Assembly (NCBI GenBank): GCA_963677895.2
Contig: CAXXGJ010000002.1
Span: 192,001 to 256,000, forward strand
DNA from: Treponemataceae bacterium
GTDB taxonomy: Bacteria; Spirochaetota; Spirochaetia; Treponematales; Rectinemataceae
Reading direction: 5' to 3'
Length of the DNA stretch: 64,000 nt
Shown one piece after another: positions 39,170-48,656 of the stretch. The notes beneath the pieces were generated by a model. That model was not told where the DNA came from and did no database searches. It saw only the letters and a program-made list of their open reading frames with translations. Within the stretch, counting starts at the first letter, position 1. Every line of letters starts with the position of its first letter. A program made the position numbers and the translations under genes.

Positions 39170-39568
39170 TCAGGGACGCAAGCCCTTCAGCGCCGTAGCC
39201 AGCAGGGTGGCGGCCAACATTCCCAGGACTATCGCTCCGCAGGCGAGGACATTGTTGAGGAAAAAATTGAGGAAGGCCGGTCCATAAGCCTTCTTCTGGA
39301 GAAGGGCGACGGTTTCGAAGGCGTAGGTGGAGAAGGTGGTGTAGGCTCCGACGAAGCCTACGGCGGCGAAGGGCCGCCAGGCAGCAGGCACGATAGCCAT
39401 TTCCATGAGCGACACGATAAGCCCGATGATGAAAGATCCTGTGACATTTACGAAGAGCGTTCCGAAGGGCAGGGCTGTTCCCGCCCTCGAACTCGCGGCA
39501 CCCGACAGCAAAAAGCGGGCGACGGCCCCAAGACCTCCGCCCGCGAATATCGCGAAAATATTTCCCAT
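39170..39568 (-). CDS. crcB: Fluoride channel Fluc/CrcB
   Basis: GGGLGAVARF, PFGTLFVNVTGSF, GFVGAYTTFST. Confidence 0.95.
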   Translation of the reverse strand: MGNIFAIFAGGGLGAVARFLLSGAASSRAGTALPFGTLFVNVTGSFIIGLIVSLMEMAIVPAAWRPFAAVGFVGAYTTFSTYAFETVALLQKKAYGPAFLNFFLNNVLACGAIVLGMLAATLLATALKGLRP

Positions 39569-39638
39569 AGCCCCGATCGTAGCGCATCGGGGCTATGGGG
39601 CTCAAGCCGCCTGAAAGCGGCTTCCTGAATTTAACTTC

Positions 39639-40262
39639 CTAGAAACCGGCGTCCTCGTTCATGAGAATGATCTTGACGCGTCCGGGCTGAACTTCCTTGT
39701 TGAAAATGAGCACTTTCGAGGGCCCGCTGTTGAAGCTCTCGGGCAGGCCGTAGGCTTTTCGCGCCCTCGCGCTTTCCTGGGGCACGACATGCTCGACAAG
39801 GCGGTTCCAGGCTTCATCGAGGTTCTTGACGATCTTCTTCGTGCTGACGACAAAAATGGCGGTGCCCGCTCCGTAGGCGTAGGCGGGAAGCTGGCTTCCC
39901 GTGAGGGAGGCGACGAGGAACTTGCCGTCCTCGGTGAGCGCGTGGACGGAGCCCACGGATACGTCGGGTCCGGCTCCGAGCTTGCGCATCTCGCGGCCTT
40001 GGGTAGCGCCGTTCATCGAGCCCAGCTTCGCGCGCACAGAATCGTAGGTGCCGGACTCGTTCAGCGCGGCCGAGAGCCCGATCGAGTCGACGGTGACCGA
40101 CGCCATGGTGAAGACCTCGGCCTTGGCCGGTATGAATTCGAGCGCTTTGCGTTTCGCTTCCTCGGCATTAGCCGCGATGGTGACATCGAAGCCGTTGGCC
40201 CTGAGGGCCGCGGCCGTTTTTTCTACTGTTTCACTGCTGGGCAGGGTATTCCATGAACTCAT
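39639..40262 (-). CDS. LUD-domain (lactate utilisation C-like) protein
   Basis: ALRANGF, SVHALTEDGK...TGSQL, YGAG...VSTKKIVKNLDEA, ends EDAGF. Confidence 0.8.
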   Translation of the reverse strand: MSSWNTLPSSETVEKTAAALRANGFDVTIAANAEEAKRKALEFIPAKAEVFTMASVTVDSIGLSAALNESGTYDSVRAKLGSMNGATQGREMRKLGAGPDVSVGSVHALTEDGKFLVASLTGSQLPAYAYGAGTAIFVVSTKKIVKNLDEAWNRLVEHVVPQESARARKAYGLPESFNSGPSKVLIFNKEVQPGRVKIILMNEDAGF

Positions 40263-40417
40263 TTTTGATCTCCTTGCGATCACTGTATGATTAATAATAT
40301 ATAAAAGATAATCTATATAGGCAAATCGAAAGTCACGATCATAACGAGCAAAGCTGGCGGGAATGCCATTCCGGGCATATAATAAGGCGCGGTATATCGA
40401 TGAAAGGATATCGAAGC

Positions 40418-41725
40418 ATGATTGACGAATCGAGCGCTATCTACCAAATATTCCTGAGAAACTTCACGCCTGAGGGCGCGTTCGCCGCGGCCATTCCTCG
40501 CCTGGCGGGGGTCGCGGCCATGGGCTTTGACTGGATCTGTCTCACGCCGATTCACCCGATCGGGGTGAAGTCGCGGAAGGGCGCTCTAGGAAGCCCCTAC
40601 GCGATTAAAGATTATCGCGCCATCGATCCGGCGTTGGGGACGATGGACGATTTCCGGGCATTCCTGGCCGCCGCCCACAGTCTCGGGCTCAAGGTCATGA
40701 TGGATGTCGTCTACAATCACACCTCGCCCGATTCGGTCCTGGCGCGCGAGAATCCCGAATGGTTCCTGCACGAGGGCGCCGCCGGGGCTCTCGGCCGCAA
40801 ATGCGCCGATTGGTCGGATGTTGTCGATCTGGATTACGGTTCCTCGCCCCATCTCTGGGTGGAGCTTATGTCCATCCTTGTCGGCTGGCGGGAGGAGGGC
40901 GTGGACGGCTTTCGTTGCGACGTGGCTTCCCTCGTGCCGGTGGATTTCTGGAAACAGGCCAGGCAGCGCGTGAACCAGTACGATCCAGGCCTGCGCCGCG
41001 AGCGATATCCGCTGGTCTGGCTCGCCGAATCGGTACATCCGGCATTTCTCAAAAAGATGCGCGCGGCCGGTTATGGCGCCTGGTCCGAGCCGGAGTTGCA
41101 CAGCGTCTTCGACCTGAGCTACGACTACGACGGCTGGGAACGCCTGGAAAAGGTATGGGATCGGCAAAAAGGCGCGGATTACTATCTCGATTATCTCTAC
41201 GTTCAAGAGACTTTATATCCTAAATCGGCCCGAAAGATTCGATACCTGGAAAATCATGACCTGCCGAGGGCGGCGGGGCGCTTTAAAAGCCGCGCCGATC
41301 TCGAAGCCTGGACCCTGTTCTACCAGTTCATACCCGGTCTCAGCTTCGCCTACATGGGGCAGGAATTCGCCATAGATCACAAGCCCGATCTCTTCGAAAA
41401 AGATCCCGTCGACTGGGCTTCGGGCGATTCCGCCTTCCGCGGCTGGTTCGCGGCCGCTTTTTCTGCCTGCCAAAAAGCCAAGGCCAAGGCTCCTTTCTTT
41501 TCCTGGACCGAGGTGGGCAAAGGCGTCTATCTGCTGAAGCGGGCAGCGTCGGCCGCCTCGCGGGAGCCCGGATTCGCGGCCCTCCTCAACCTCGAGGGAT
41601 GGACGGGGCTGATCGAGTTGGCGACTCCCCTGCGAGGGCGAGACCTCGTGACCGGGGCCACCATCTCGCTCGAGGGCGAAATGATCGCGCCGAAAAATCC
41701 CCTCATCCTGGAATTATTCGCTTGA
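40418..41725 (+). CDS. GH13 alpha-amylase family glycosidase (cytoplasmic)
   Basis: IYQIFLRNF, GSPYAIKDY, DVVYNH, DGFRCDVA, WLAE, YLENHD. Confidence 0.92.
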   Translation: MIDESSAIYQIFLRNFTPEGAFAAAIPRLAGVAAMGFDWICLTPIHPIGVKSRKGALGSPYAIKDYRAIDPALGTMDDFRAFLAAAHSLGLKVMMDVVYNHTSPDSVLARENPEWFLHEGAAGALGRKCADWSDVVDLDYGSSPHLWVELMSILVGWREEGVDGFRCDVASLVPVDFWKQARQRVNQYDPGLRRERYPLVWLAESVHPAFLKKMRAAGYGAWSEPELHSVFDLSYDYDGWERLEKVWDRQKGADYYLDYLYVQETLYPKSARKIRYLENHDLPRAAGRFKSRADLEAWTLFYQFIPGLSFAYMGQEFAIDHKPDLFEKDPVDWASGDSAFRGWFAAAFSACQKAKAKAPFFSWTEVGKGVYLLKRAASAASREPGFAALLNLEGWTGLIELATPLRGRDLVTGATISLEGEMIAPKNPLILELFA

Positions 41726-41752
41726 CCCTGACGTAAGGTCAGGCTGTATTCT
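41722..41752 (+). promoter_or_regulatory. MerR-type promoter/operator
   Basis: TTGACC-N19-TATTCT with dyad CCTGAC-GTAAG-GTCAGG in the long spacer; ATG 6 nt downstream of -10. Confidence 0.85.
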
Positions 41753-41758
41753 CTCTTC

Positions 41759-42520
41759 ATGTACCAGATCCACGAGCTGGCGGTCAAGGCGGGCATAACC
41801 GTCCGGACCCTCCACCATTACGACAGAATGGGCCTTCTCCACCCTTCGCGGCACAGCTCCGCAGGCTATCGCCTCTACGACGACGACGCGGCGCTGAGGC
41901 TTCAGCAAATCCTCTTCTATAGGGAGCTGGGACTGCCCCTCGCGGAGATCGGGGCTCTGCTCGACGCGCCGGACTTCGATCTGCTGTGGGCGCTCGAAAC
42001 GCACAGGGATGAACTGGGCAAGCGAATCGTTCGTCTGCAGCGGCTGTGTCGGACGGTGGACAACACGATGGCTTATCTGAAAGGAGAAAGCGGCATGGAA
42101 AAAGCGGGGATTTTTGACGGCTTCACGCCGGAGGAAGAAGAATTCTATTCTAAGGAAGCGGAAAAAATGTACGACCCGGAGACGGTGCAGGAATCCAACA
42201 GGAAATGGAAGAGCTATGGCGTCGTCGAGCAGAAGCGCATTCTCGCCGAGGGGAAGGCTATCTATCTCGACATGATCGCCGCCATGCCCAAGGGAGCCGG
42301 TTCGCCCGAAACCCAGGCCATCGTAGGGCGCTGGCGCGCGAATATGTCGCATTTCTGGACGCCCAGCCTTAATCAGTTGGTCCCTCTGGCCGAAACTTAC
42401 AGCGCCGATCCCCGATTCAAGGCCAATTTCGACGCGATGAGTCCCGATCTCGCCGAATTCATGGGTGAAGCGGTGCGGATCTATGTGGAAAGGCTGAAAA
42501 CTGGAAGCGCCGCGGGCTGA
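41759..42520 (+). CDS. MerR-family regulator with TipAS domain (Mta/TipA-like)
   Basis: GITVRTLHHYD, GYRLY, LQQILFYRELG; C-terminal YSADPRFKANFD...LAEFMGEA. Confidence 0.92.
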   Translation: MYQIHELAVKAGITVRTLHHYDRMGLLHPSRHSSAGYRLYDDDAALRLQQILFYRELGLPLAEIGALLDAPDFDLLWALETHRDELGKRIVRLQRLCRTVDNTMAYLKGESGMEKAGIFDGFTPEEEEFYSKEAEKMYDPETVQESNRKWKSYGVVEQKRILAEGKAIYLDMIAAMPKGAGSPETQAIVGRWRANMSHFWTPSLNQLVPLAETYSADPRFKANFDAMSPDLAEFMGEAVRIYVERLKTGSAAG

Positions 42521-42554
42521 CGCCGAGCGGCTGATGCCCAAGCGGGCGCGCCGC

Positions 42555-43352
42555 TCAGTCCGGGATTTCGAAGACTCCCTCGAGTATGTGGCGGGGTCCA
42601 TAGGCGAACTTGTCGAGGTGCTCGACGGCCGTTACGCCGGAGAGGACGAGGACCGTCTCCATGTCGGATTCGATGCCGGCGATGATGTCGGTGTCCATCC
42701 TGTCGCCGACGATGGCTGTCTCCTCGCGGGTGACGCCCAGCTTTCGGATGGCGTGGCGCATCATGAGGGGGTTGGGCTTGCCCACGAAGTAGGCTTTTCG
42801 CCCGGTGGCGAGCTCGATGGGGGCGAGGAGGGAGCCGCAGGCCGGCATGATGCCCTTTTCAGTGGGGCCCGTGAGGTCGGGATTCGTCCCGATGAGGCGC
42901 GCTCCCCCGAAGACCAGGGAGACGGCCTTCTCTATGGTATCGAGATTGTAGGACCTCGCCTCGCCCACCACGACATAGTCAGGGTTGACGTTGTTCATCG
43001 TATAGCCGGCTTCGTACAGCGCGTTGATGAGGCCGGGCTCGCCGATGGCGTAGGCCGAGCCATGCGGCCGCTGGCTCGCGAGGAATGCCGCCGTGGCGAG
43101 GGCGCTCGTGTAGAAGTGGCTCGCGTCCACCTCGATGCCGAGCCGGGCCAGCTTCTGCGATAGCTCGGCGGGCGAGCGCTCGCTTGAGTTCGTCAGAAAG
43201 AGGAATTTCTTGTCGTTCGACTTGAGCCAGGCCACGAATTCGGCGGCGCCGGTCAGGAGCCTGTTGCCATGGTAGATTACGCCGTCCATGTCGATGATGA
43301 AGGCGTTCTTGGCGCGTATTACCGCTAATTCGGCGCGCTTCGATTCGTCCAT
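42555..43352 (-). CDS. nagD: HAD-IIA family phosphatase (NagD-like)
   Basis: DMDGVI, LTNSS, TNPD, GKPNP, GDRMDTDI. Confidence 0.88.
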   Translation of the reverse strand: MDESKRAELAVIRAKNAFIIDMDGVIYHGNRLLTGAAEFVAWLKSNDKKFLFLTNSSERSPAELSQKLARLGIEVDASHFYTSALATAAFLASQRPHGSAYAIGEPGLINALYEAGYTMNNVNPDYVVVGEARSYNLDTIEKAVSLVFGGARLIGTNPDLTGPTEKGIMPACGSLLAPIELATGRKAYFVGKPNPLMMRHAIRKLGVTREETAIVGDRMDTDIIAGIESDMETVLVLSGVTAVEHLDKFAYGPRHILEGVFEIPD

Positions 43353-43409
43353 TTTCAGCTCCTTCGTGTTGCTTGTCCTACTGATGATATATGGCGCGCC
43401 ATGGAGGGG

Positions 43410-43757
43410 TCAATCGAGGCCCCGCGCGAAGAGCTTCCACGCGGCTTCGTCGAGGCCGACGGCCGCCTGGCCCTTTCCGGCCCTGACGATGGGCGTACGC
43501 AGCAAAAGGGGGTCCCCGAGCAGCTCTTCCCGCGCGTCGTAATCCATGAAAGCGAGGCCGCGGGCCGTGGCCGCGTGACTTTTCAGGTCGACGAGGGCGG
43601 AATAGCCGCCGACGGCTCTCGCCACGTCGTCCAGCTCTCCGGGGCTCGGGGCTTTTTCCGTGATATCGCGGAACTGGATCTCGACGCCCCGCTCCTTGAA
43701 AAAGCGAAGCGCCTTCTGGGTGTCCTTGCATTTTTTCGTGCCGAATACCTGTATCAT
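43410..43757 (-). CDS. ArsC/Spx/YffB family protein
   Basis: FGTKKCKDTQKALRFFKE, PLLLRTPIV. Confidence 0.85.
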   Translation of the reverse strand: MIQVFGTKKCKDTQKALRFFKERGVEIQFRDITEKAPSPGELDDVARAVGGYSALVDLKSHAATARGLAFMDYDAREELLGDPLLLRTPIVRAGKGQAAVGLDEAAWKLFARGLD

Positions 43758-43822
43758 GAGCGCCTCCTTCCGAGTCGATACTACCTGATTCCGGCGAACG
43801 GCGACAGGGTGTCGGCGACAGG

Positions 43823-43851
43823 TTGACAGTCCCGGCGGGCACGCTTATAGT
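43823..43851 (+). promoter_or_regulatory. Sigma-70 promoter of B12 operon
   Basis: TTGACA-N17-TATAGT immediately upstream of riboswitch. Confidence 0.8.
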
Positions 43852-43859
43852 TTAGGCGT

Positions 43860-44012
43860 TGCGGCGCCATATGGCTTAATCGGGAAGTCGGTGAAAGACC
43901 GGCACGCCCCCAGGCACTGTAAGGAAGCTTAAAACCCTGTTCACGGCCACTGCGAAAGTGGGAAGGCCGGGAACCGAGCGAGGGATGCTTCCGAGTCAGG
44001 AGACCGACCGCA
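43860..44012 (+). ncRNA. Cobalamin riboswitch
   Basis: AATCGGGAAG-TCGGTGAAAGACCGG, GCACTGTAA, GCCACTG-CGAAAG-TGGGAAGGC, B12 box GAGTCAGGAGACC; P1 TGCGG/CCGCA; upstream of cbiP-cobT-btu. Confidence 0.92.
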
Positions 44013-44117
44013 CAGCTGCGTCGTGCGCGCGGATATCGCGATTATTCACTGGGTGTTGAATAATGAAGGTTGCCATTTCCCTCATTCCCCCCAAAGATCC
44101 AGTGTCCTCTCTCGCCT

Positions 44118-45686
44118 GTGGCCGCTAAAGCCATAATGGTGCAGGGCACCGCTTCCTCCGTCGGCAAAAGCCTCATTGCCGCGGCCCTCTGCCGCATTTT
44201 CGCGCGCTCGGGTCTCCTTGTCATGCCCTTCAAGGCGCAGAACATGTCCAACAACGCGGCAGCCCTTCCCGACGGTTCGGAAATAGGCAGGGCGCAGTAT
44301 CTTCAGGCCTTGGCCGCGCGCGTGGAGCCCCGGGTGGAGATGAATCCCGTCCTCCTCAAGCCTGAAAGCGACTCGAGATCCCAGGTAATCCTGATGGGAA
44401 AGCCCTACGAGACGCTCGGCGCCGTCCATTACTACGAAAGGAAGGCGCTGCTCTGGAAATCCGTCTTGAGCGCCTGCGCGACCTTGAGCGCCGAGGCCGA
44501 TCTTCTCGTCATCGAAGGGGCGGGGAGCCCCGCCGAGATCAACCTGGCTTCCTCCGACATCGTCAACATGGCCGTCGCGCGCCATCTGGGCTCGCCGGTG
44601 ATCCTGGTGGCGGACATCGATCCGGGCGGGGTTTTCGCCCAGGTGGTGGGAACGCTGGCCCTTCTTTCCGATGAGGACAGGGCTCTTGTCCGCGGCATCG
44701 TCATCAATAAGTTCAGGGGCGACCTAAGTCTTCTGGAGCCGGGCCTCGGCATGCTCGAGAGGCTGACGGGACTGCCCGTGCTCGGGGTAGTGCCCATGCT
44801 CAGGGGCCTGGCGCTTCCCGACGAGGATGGCGCGTCCATTCGGGTGCGGGGGGCGGCTGGCGGGGAGGCCGGCCCCTGCGGCTACGATGCCGGAGCCGCG
44901 GCTTTCCTGGACATAGCCGTGATAAAGCTGCCCCATATCGCCAATTTCGACGCGCTCGCCTCGGAGCCTTCCGTGGCGCTCCGTTTCGTGGAGGACGCGG
45001 GCGACCTGGGCCGGCCCGACGTCATCATCCTGCCGGGCACGAAATCGACCATGGCTGACCTTTCCTGGCTCAAAAGCCAGGGATTCGACGACGGGATACG
45101 CTGGCTCGCGAGGACAGGGAGTTCCGTCGTGGGGATTTGCGGCGGCTTCCAGATGCTGGGCGAGTCTATCGAGGACCCAGAGCGCGTCGAGGGGCAGGGC
45201 GGGTCGGCCAAGGGCCTGGGGCTCCTGCGCGCTTCCACCGTCTTCGGGGCGGACAAGAAGGTTTCGCCTCGGCGCGGGCATACGGCCGCCGCGCTTGGCG
45301 GGAAGCTCGCTTCCCTCGCGGGCATCGAACTCGAAGGCTACGAGATCCACAGCGGCGAGACGAAGGTGGATGGCCCGGCCTTCGCCCTGCTCGAACCGGA
45401 TGGCCGCGAGGGCTCGGGAGCGGCGGCGACAGCCGACGGCGCCTGGTCGCCGGACGGGGCTGTCTGGGGAACTTATCTGCACGACATTTTCAGCGCCGAC
45501 GAGTTCAGGAAAGCCTGGCTCGCCAGCTTCGGCGCGGCAGCTCGGCGGGAGAGCAGGAAGGCCGAACTCGACGCTTCCATAGAGGCTTTGGCCGACGCGG
45601 TGGAAGCGTCGCTCGACATGGACAGGCTTCGCGAAATAATCGGAATAAGCGGCATTCAGCCGATTGGAAAAGGAGTACGCATATGA
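44118..45686 (+). CDS. cbiP: Adenosylcobyric acid synthase
   Basis: IMVQGTASSVGKS, PFKAQNMSNN, MNPVLLKP, EGAGSPAEIN, INKFRGD, ILPGTKST, GICGGFQMLG, GYEIH; start set at GTG 44118. Confidence 0.95.
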   Translation: MAAKAIMVQGTASSVGKSLIAAALCRIFARSGLLVMPFKAQNMSNNAAALPDGSEIGRAQYLQALAARVEPRVEMNPVLLKPESDSRSQVILMGKPYETLGAVHYYERKALLWKSVLSACATLSAEADLLVIEGAGSPAEINLASSDIVNMAVARHLGSPVILVADIDPGGVFAQVVGTLALLSDEDRALVRGIVINKFRGDLSLLEPGLGMLERLTGLPVLGVVPMLRGLALPDEDGASIRVRGAAGGEAGPCGYDAGAAAFLDIAVIKLPHIANFDALASEPSVALRFVEDAGDLGRPDVIILPGTKSTMADLSWLKSQGFDDGIRWLARTGSSVVGICGGFQMLGESIEDPERVEGQGGSAKGLGLLRASTVFGADKKVSPRRGHTAAALGGKLASLAGIELEGYEIHSGETKVDGPAFALLEPDGREGSGAAATADGAWSPDGAVWGTYLHDIFSADEFRKAWLASFGAAARRESRKAELDASIEALADAVEASLDMDRLREIIGISGIQPIGKGVRI

Positions 45687-46741
45687 CAAAGCTCGAGGCG
45701 ACACTCGACAACATCATCGAAACGGACAAGAAGGCCGAAGAAGCCGCGAGGACGAGGCAGGCCGCGTTGACCAAGCCTGCGGGAAGCCTGGGCGATCTCG
45801 AGGAACTCTCGATCCGCATCGCGGGCATCCAGCGCAGGGCCGATCCTGTCGTGGATCCGGGAGCCATCTTCGTAATGGCCGGCGACCATGGGGTCTGCAG
45901 GGAAGGCGTGAGCGCCTATCCCTCGGAGGTGACACCCGAAATGGTCCTCAACTTCGTGGCGGGCGGCGCCGCTATCAATGTGCTCGGCAGGCACGCGGGC
46001 GCGCGTGTCGTCGTCACCGATGTGGGCGTGGCCTACGATTTCGACAAAAGTATCCCCATCTACCATAAAAAGATCGCCAAAGGAACGAAGAACCTGGCGG
46101 CCGAAAACGCGATGAGCCGCGAGGAAGCCGTCCGGAGCCTCGAAGTCGGCATCGAGGTATTCGAAGCCGAGTTGAAGGCCAAGCCCTTCGGCATATCAGC
46201 CACGGGCGACATGGGAATCGGCAACACGACGGCATCGACGGCGATGGCTTCCGTGTTCACAGGCCACAGCGTGCGGATGCTCGTAGGCAGGGGAACGGGC
46301 ATCGACGACGCGGCGCTCGAGCGCAAGATCGGCATCATCGAAAAGGCGCTGGCGCTGCACAAACCCGAGGGCGCCGATCCTATCGGCGTACTTTCCAAGG
46401 TGGGCGGCTACGAGATCGGCGCCCTCGCCGGTGTCATTCTCGCCTCGGCGGCCCATCAGGTTCCCGTTCTCGTCGACGGCTATATTTCCGGCGCGGCGGC
46501 CCTCCTTGCCCAGGCGATTTCGCCATTGTCGGCCAAGTATATGATCGGGACGCACGTCTCGGGCGATTCCGGCCACGGCCTCATGCTCGATTTCCTTGGA
46601 CTCAAGCCCCTTCTCAGGTTGGGAATGAGACTCGGGGAGGGGACAGGCGCCGCCCTCGCCATGCTGATCTGCTCGGGCGCCTGCAAGATCCTGAACGAAA
46701 TGGCCACCTTCGAGTCGGCCGGAGTGAGCGGAAAAGAATGA
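45683..46741 (+). CDS. cobT: Nicotinate-nucleotide--dimethylbenzimidazole phosphoribosyltransferase
   Basis: LTKPAGSLG, AGDHGV, GGAAIN, GDMGIGNTT, GRGTG, MRLGEGTGA, MATFESAGV. Confidence 0.96.
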   Translation: MTKLEATLDNIIETDKKAEEAARTRQAALTKPAGSLGDLEELSIRIAGIQRRADPVVDPGAIFVMAGDHGVCREGVSAYPSEVTPEMVLNFVAGGAAINVLGRHAGARVVVTDVGVAYDFDKSIPIYHKKIAKGTKNLAAENAMSREEAVRSLEVGIEVFEAELKAKPFGISATGDMGIGNTTASTAMASVFTGHSVRMLVGRGTGIDDAALERKIGIIEKALALHKPEGADPIGVLSKVGGYEIGALAGVILASAAHQVPVLVDGYISGAAALLAQAISPLSAKYMIGTHVSGDSGHGLMLDFLGLKPLLRLGMRLGEGTGAALAMLICSGACKILNEMATFESAGVSGKE

Positions 46742-47637
46742 AAAAGCTGATATTGATTGGCGCGGCGCTCTGTTGCGCCGCGACTATTGCCTTCGGCCAG
46801 GGGAATACCCAGGTCCAGGCCGTCGATTTTCTGGGGAAGACTATCGTACTGGCTAAGCCGGCCCAGCGCGTGGTATCCCTCGCGCCGGCGTCCACGGAAG
46901 TGCTTTTCGCGGTGGGCGCCAATGTCGTCGGCGATACGACCTACTGCATCTATCCGCCCGAGGCGCAGAATGTCGCCAAGATCGGCGGATTTTCCGCGAA
47001 ATCCATGTCCATCGAGAAAATTCTCTCGCTGAAGCCCGACCTCGTCGTCAGCACGGGCTCGATCCACGCCTCGGTGACGGACGAGCTGGCGCGTTACGGC
47101 ATCCCGAGCTTCGCGTATTCGCCGAGCGGCTTCGACGAGATAGCGGCCGGAATTCTCGCGATAGGGAAACTGACGGGCGGGCGGGAAAAAGCCGCCCTCG
47201 TTGCTTCCGCGATGCTGGATAAGATCGAAAAAGTGCGGAAGACGGTCGCTACGATTCCCGCCAGCCAGCGCCTGAGCGTTTTCTGGGAAGTGTACGACGA
47301 GCCCCTCATGACCTGCGGTTCGGACACCTTTCAGCACGCCATCGTGGAGGCTGCTGGCGGCGTGGATATCTTCTCCGATCTGAAGGGCTCTTGGCCCAGA
47401 GTCAGTTCCGAGGAAGTGATCAAGCGCGCCCCGCAGGCGATCATGGGCGCCGACGATCACGGCGACAAGTTGACGCTGAAAGCCGTATCGGCCAGGCCGG
47501 GCTGGAATCTCATTCCGGCGGTGGTTTCCGGAAAAGTCCTGCTTCTGCCGACCTATCTCGTATCGGGCCCCGGTCCGCGCATTGCCGATGGCGTCCTTCT
47601 CGCCGCCAAGGCCCTCTATCCGAGATATTTTCCATGA
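46738..47637 (+). CDS. btuF: Cobalamin ABC transporter substrate-binding protein
   Basis: Signal peptide, RVVSLAPASTEVLFAVG, CIYP, EKILSLKPDLV, PGPR; under B12 riboswitch. Confidence 0.85.
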   Translation: MKKLILIGAALCCAATIAFGQGNTQVQAVDFLGKTIVLAKPAQRVVSLAPASTEVLFAVGANVVGDTTYCIYPPEAQNVAKIGGFSAKSMSIEKILSLKPDLVVSTGSIHASVTDELARYGIPSFAYSPSGFDEIAAGILAIGKLTGGREKAALVASAMLDKIEKVRKTVATIPASQRLSVFWEVYDEPLMTCGSDTFQHAIVEAAGGVDIFSDLKGSWPRVSSEEVIKRAPQAIMGADDHGDKLTLKAVSARPGWNLIPAVVSGKVLLLPTYLVSGPGPRIADGVLLAAKALYPRYFP

Positions 47638-48656
47638 AGAAAGTCCTTCTCGCGATAGCTTTGTCCGCGGGCGCCCTGATCGCCCTCGTGGGCAGCCTCT
47701 GCCTCGGCTCGGTGGCCCTCACGCCGGGTCAGATTTTCGCTGTCCTCGGCGCCAAGCTATTCGGGATCGTTTCTAACGTGGACGAGGTGACGCTCGTCAT
47801 CGTCTGGCAACTACGCCTCGCGCGGACCCTTCTCGCCGGCGTGGCTGGGGCGGCCCTCGGCGTCTCCGGCGCCGTCCTCCAGGGCCTTTTCAGGAATCCT
47901 CTCGCCGACCCCTACTCCCTCGGCGTCTCCTCGGGCGCCTCCCTCGGAGCCGTGGCCGCCATAGCCCTCGGCGCGAAGATCGGCCTCGATTTTCCCGGGG
48001 CCACCGAGGCGGCCGCCTTCGTAGGCGCCGTCGTCTCGGCCGTCATCGTCTATGCCGTGGCCACCGTCAACCGGCGGACCGCCCCGACCGCCGCCCTCCT
48101 CCTGGCGGGGACGGCGGTCGGCTCCTTCCTCTCGGCCATCGTCTCCCTCATCGTGTCGGTCAACGACAAGGACCTCCACGCCGTGTTTTTCTGGATGCTC
48201 GGAGGCTTCGGCGGCAAAGGCTGGTCAGAACTGGGCACAGCCTTCCCGGCCGCGCTCGTCGCGATCGTGGCGGCCCTGATTCTCGCCCGCCCGCTCGACA
48301 TCCTCGGCGCGGGGGAAGAAGCCGCCGGAATCCTGGGCCTCAACGTGGGCCTCCTGCGCGCCCTCGCCGTGGCGGTCGCCTCCCTGGGCGCGGCATCGGC
48401 CGTGGCGGCCGGCGGCGTCATCGGCTTCGTCGGCCTCTTGGGCCCGCATTTCGCGAGGCTTCTCGTCGGTTCGCTCCATAAAAGGCTCATCCCCATCTCG
48501 GCCGCCACGGGAGCCATCCTCCTCATGCTGGCCGATGCCGTGGCGCGCTCGGTGATGGCCCCTCTGGAACTGCCCGTCGGCGTCGTCACGGCCTTGCTGG
48601 GAGCCCCGCTTTTCCTGAAGCTCCTCGCCACCTCGCGGGAGGGCAAGGCCCTATGA
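47634..48656 (+). CDS. btuC: Cobalamin ABC transporter permease (FecCD family)
   Basis: LRLART, LQGLFRNPLADPYSLGVSSGA, IGFVGLLGPH, ELPVGVVTALLGAP. Confidence 0.88.
   Translation: MKKVLLAIALSAGALIALVGSLCLGSVALTPGQIFAVLGAKLFGIVSNVDEVTLVIVWQLRLARTLLAGVAGAALGVSGAVLQGLFRNPLADPYSLGVSSGASLGAVAAIALGAKIGLDFPGATEAAAFVGAVVSAVIVYAVATVNRRTAPTAALLLAGTAVGSFLSAIVSLIVSVNDKDLHAVFFWMLGGFGGKGWSELGTAFPAALVAIVAALILARPLDILGAGEEAAGILGLNVGLLRALAVAVASLGAASAVAAGGVIGFVGLLGPHFARLLVGSLHKRLIPISAATGAILLMLADAVARSVMAPLELPVGVVTALLGAPLFLKLLATSREGKAL

Noticed and set aside
39162..39605. Alternative 147-aa ORF over crcB
   Set aside because: Off-frame; the 39170-39568 frame has all Fluc motifs
47391..47633. N-terminal extension of btuC (similarly holA, cobU, cobA, permease 56069)
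   Set aside because: Overlaps upstream genes; ATGA-coupled or motif-consistent downstream starts fit better
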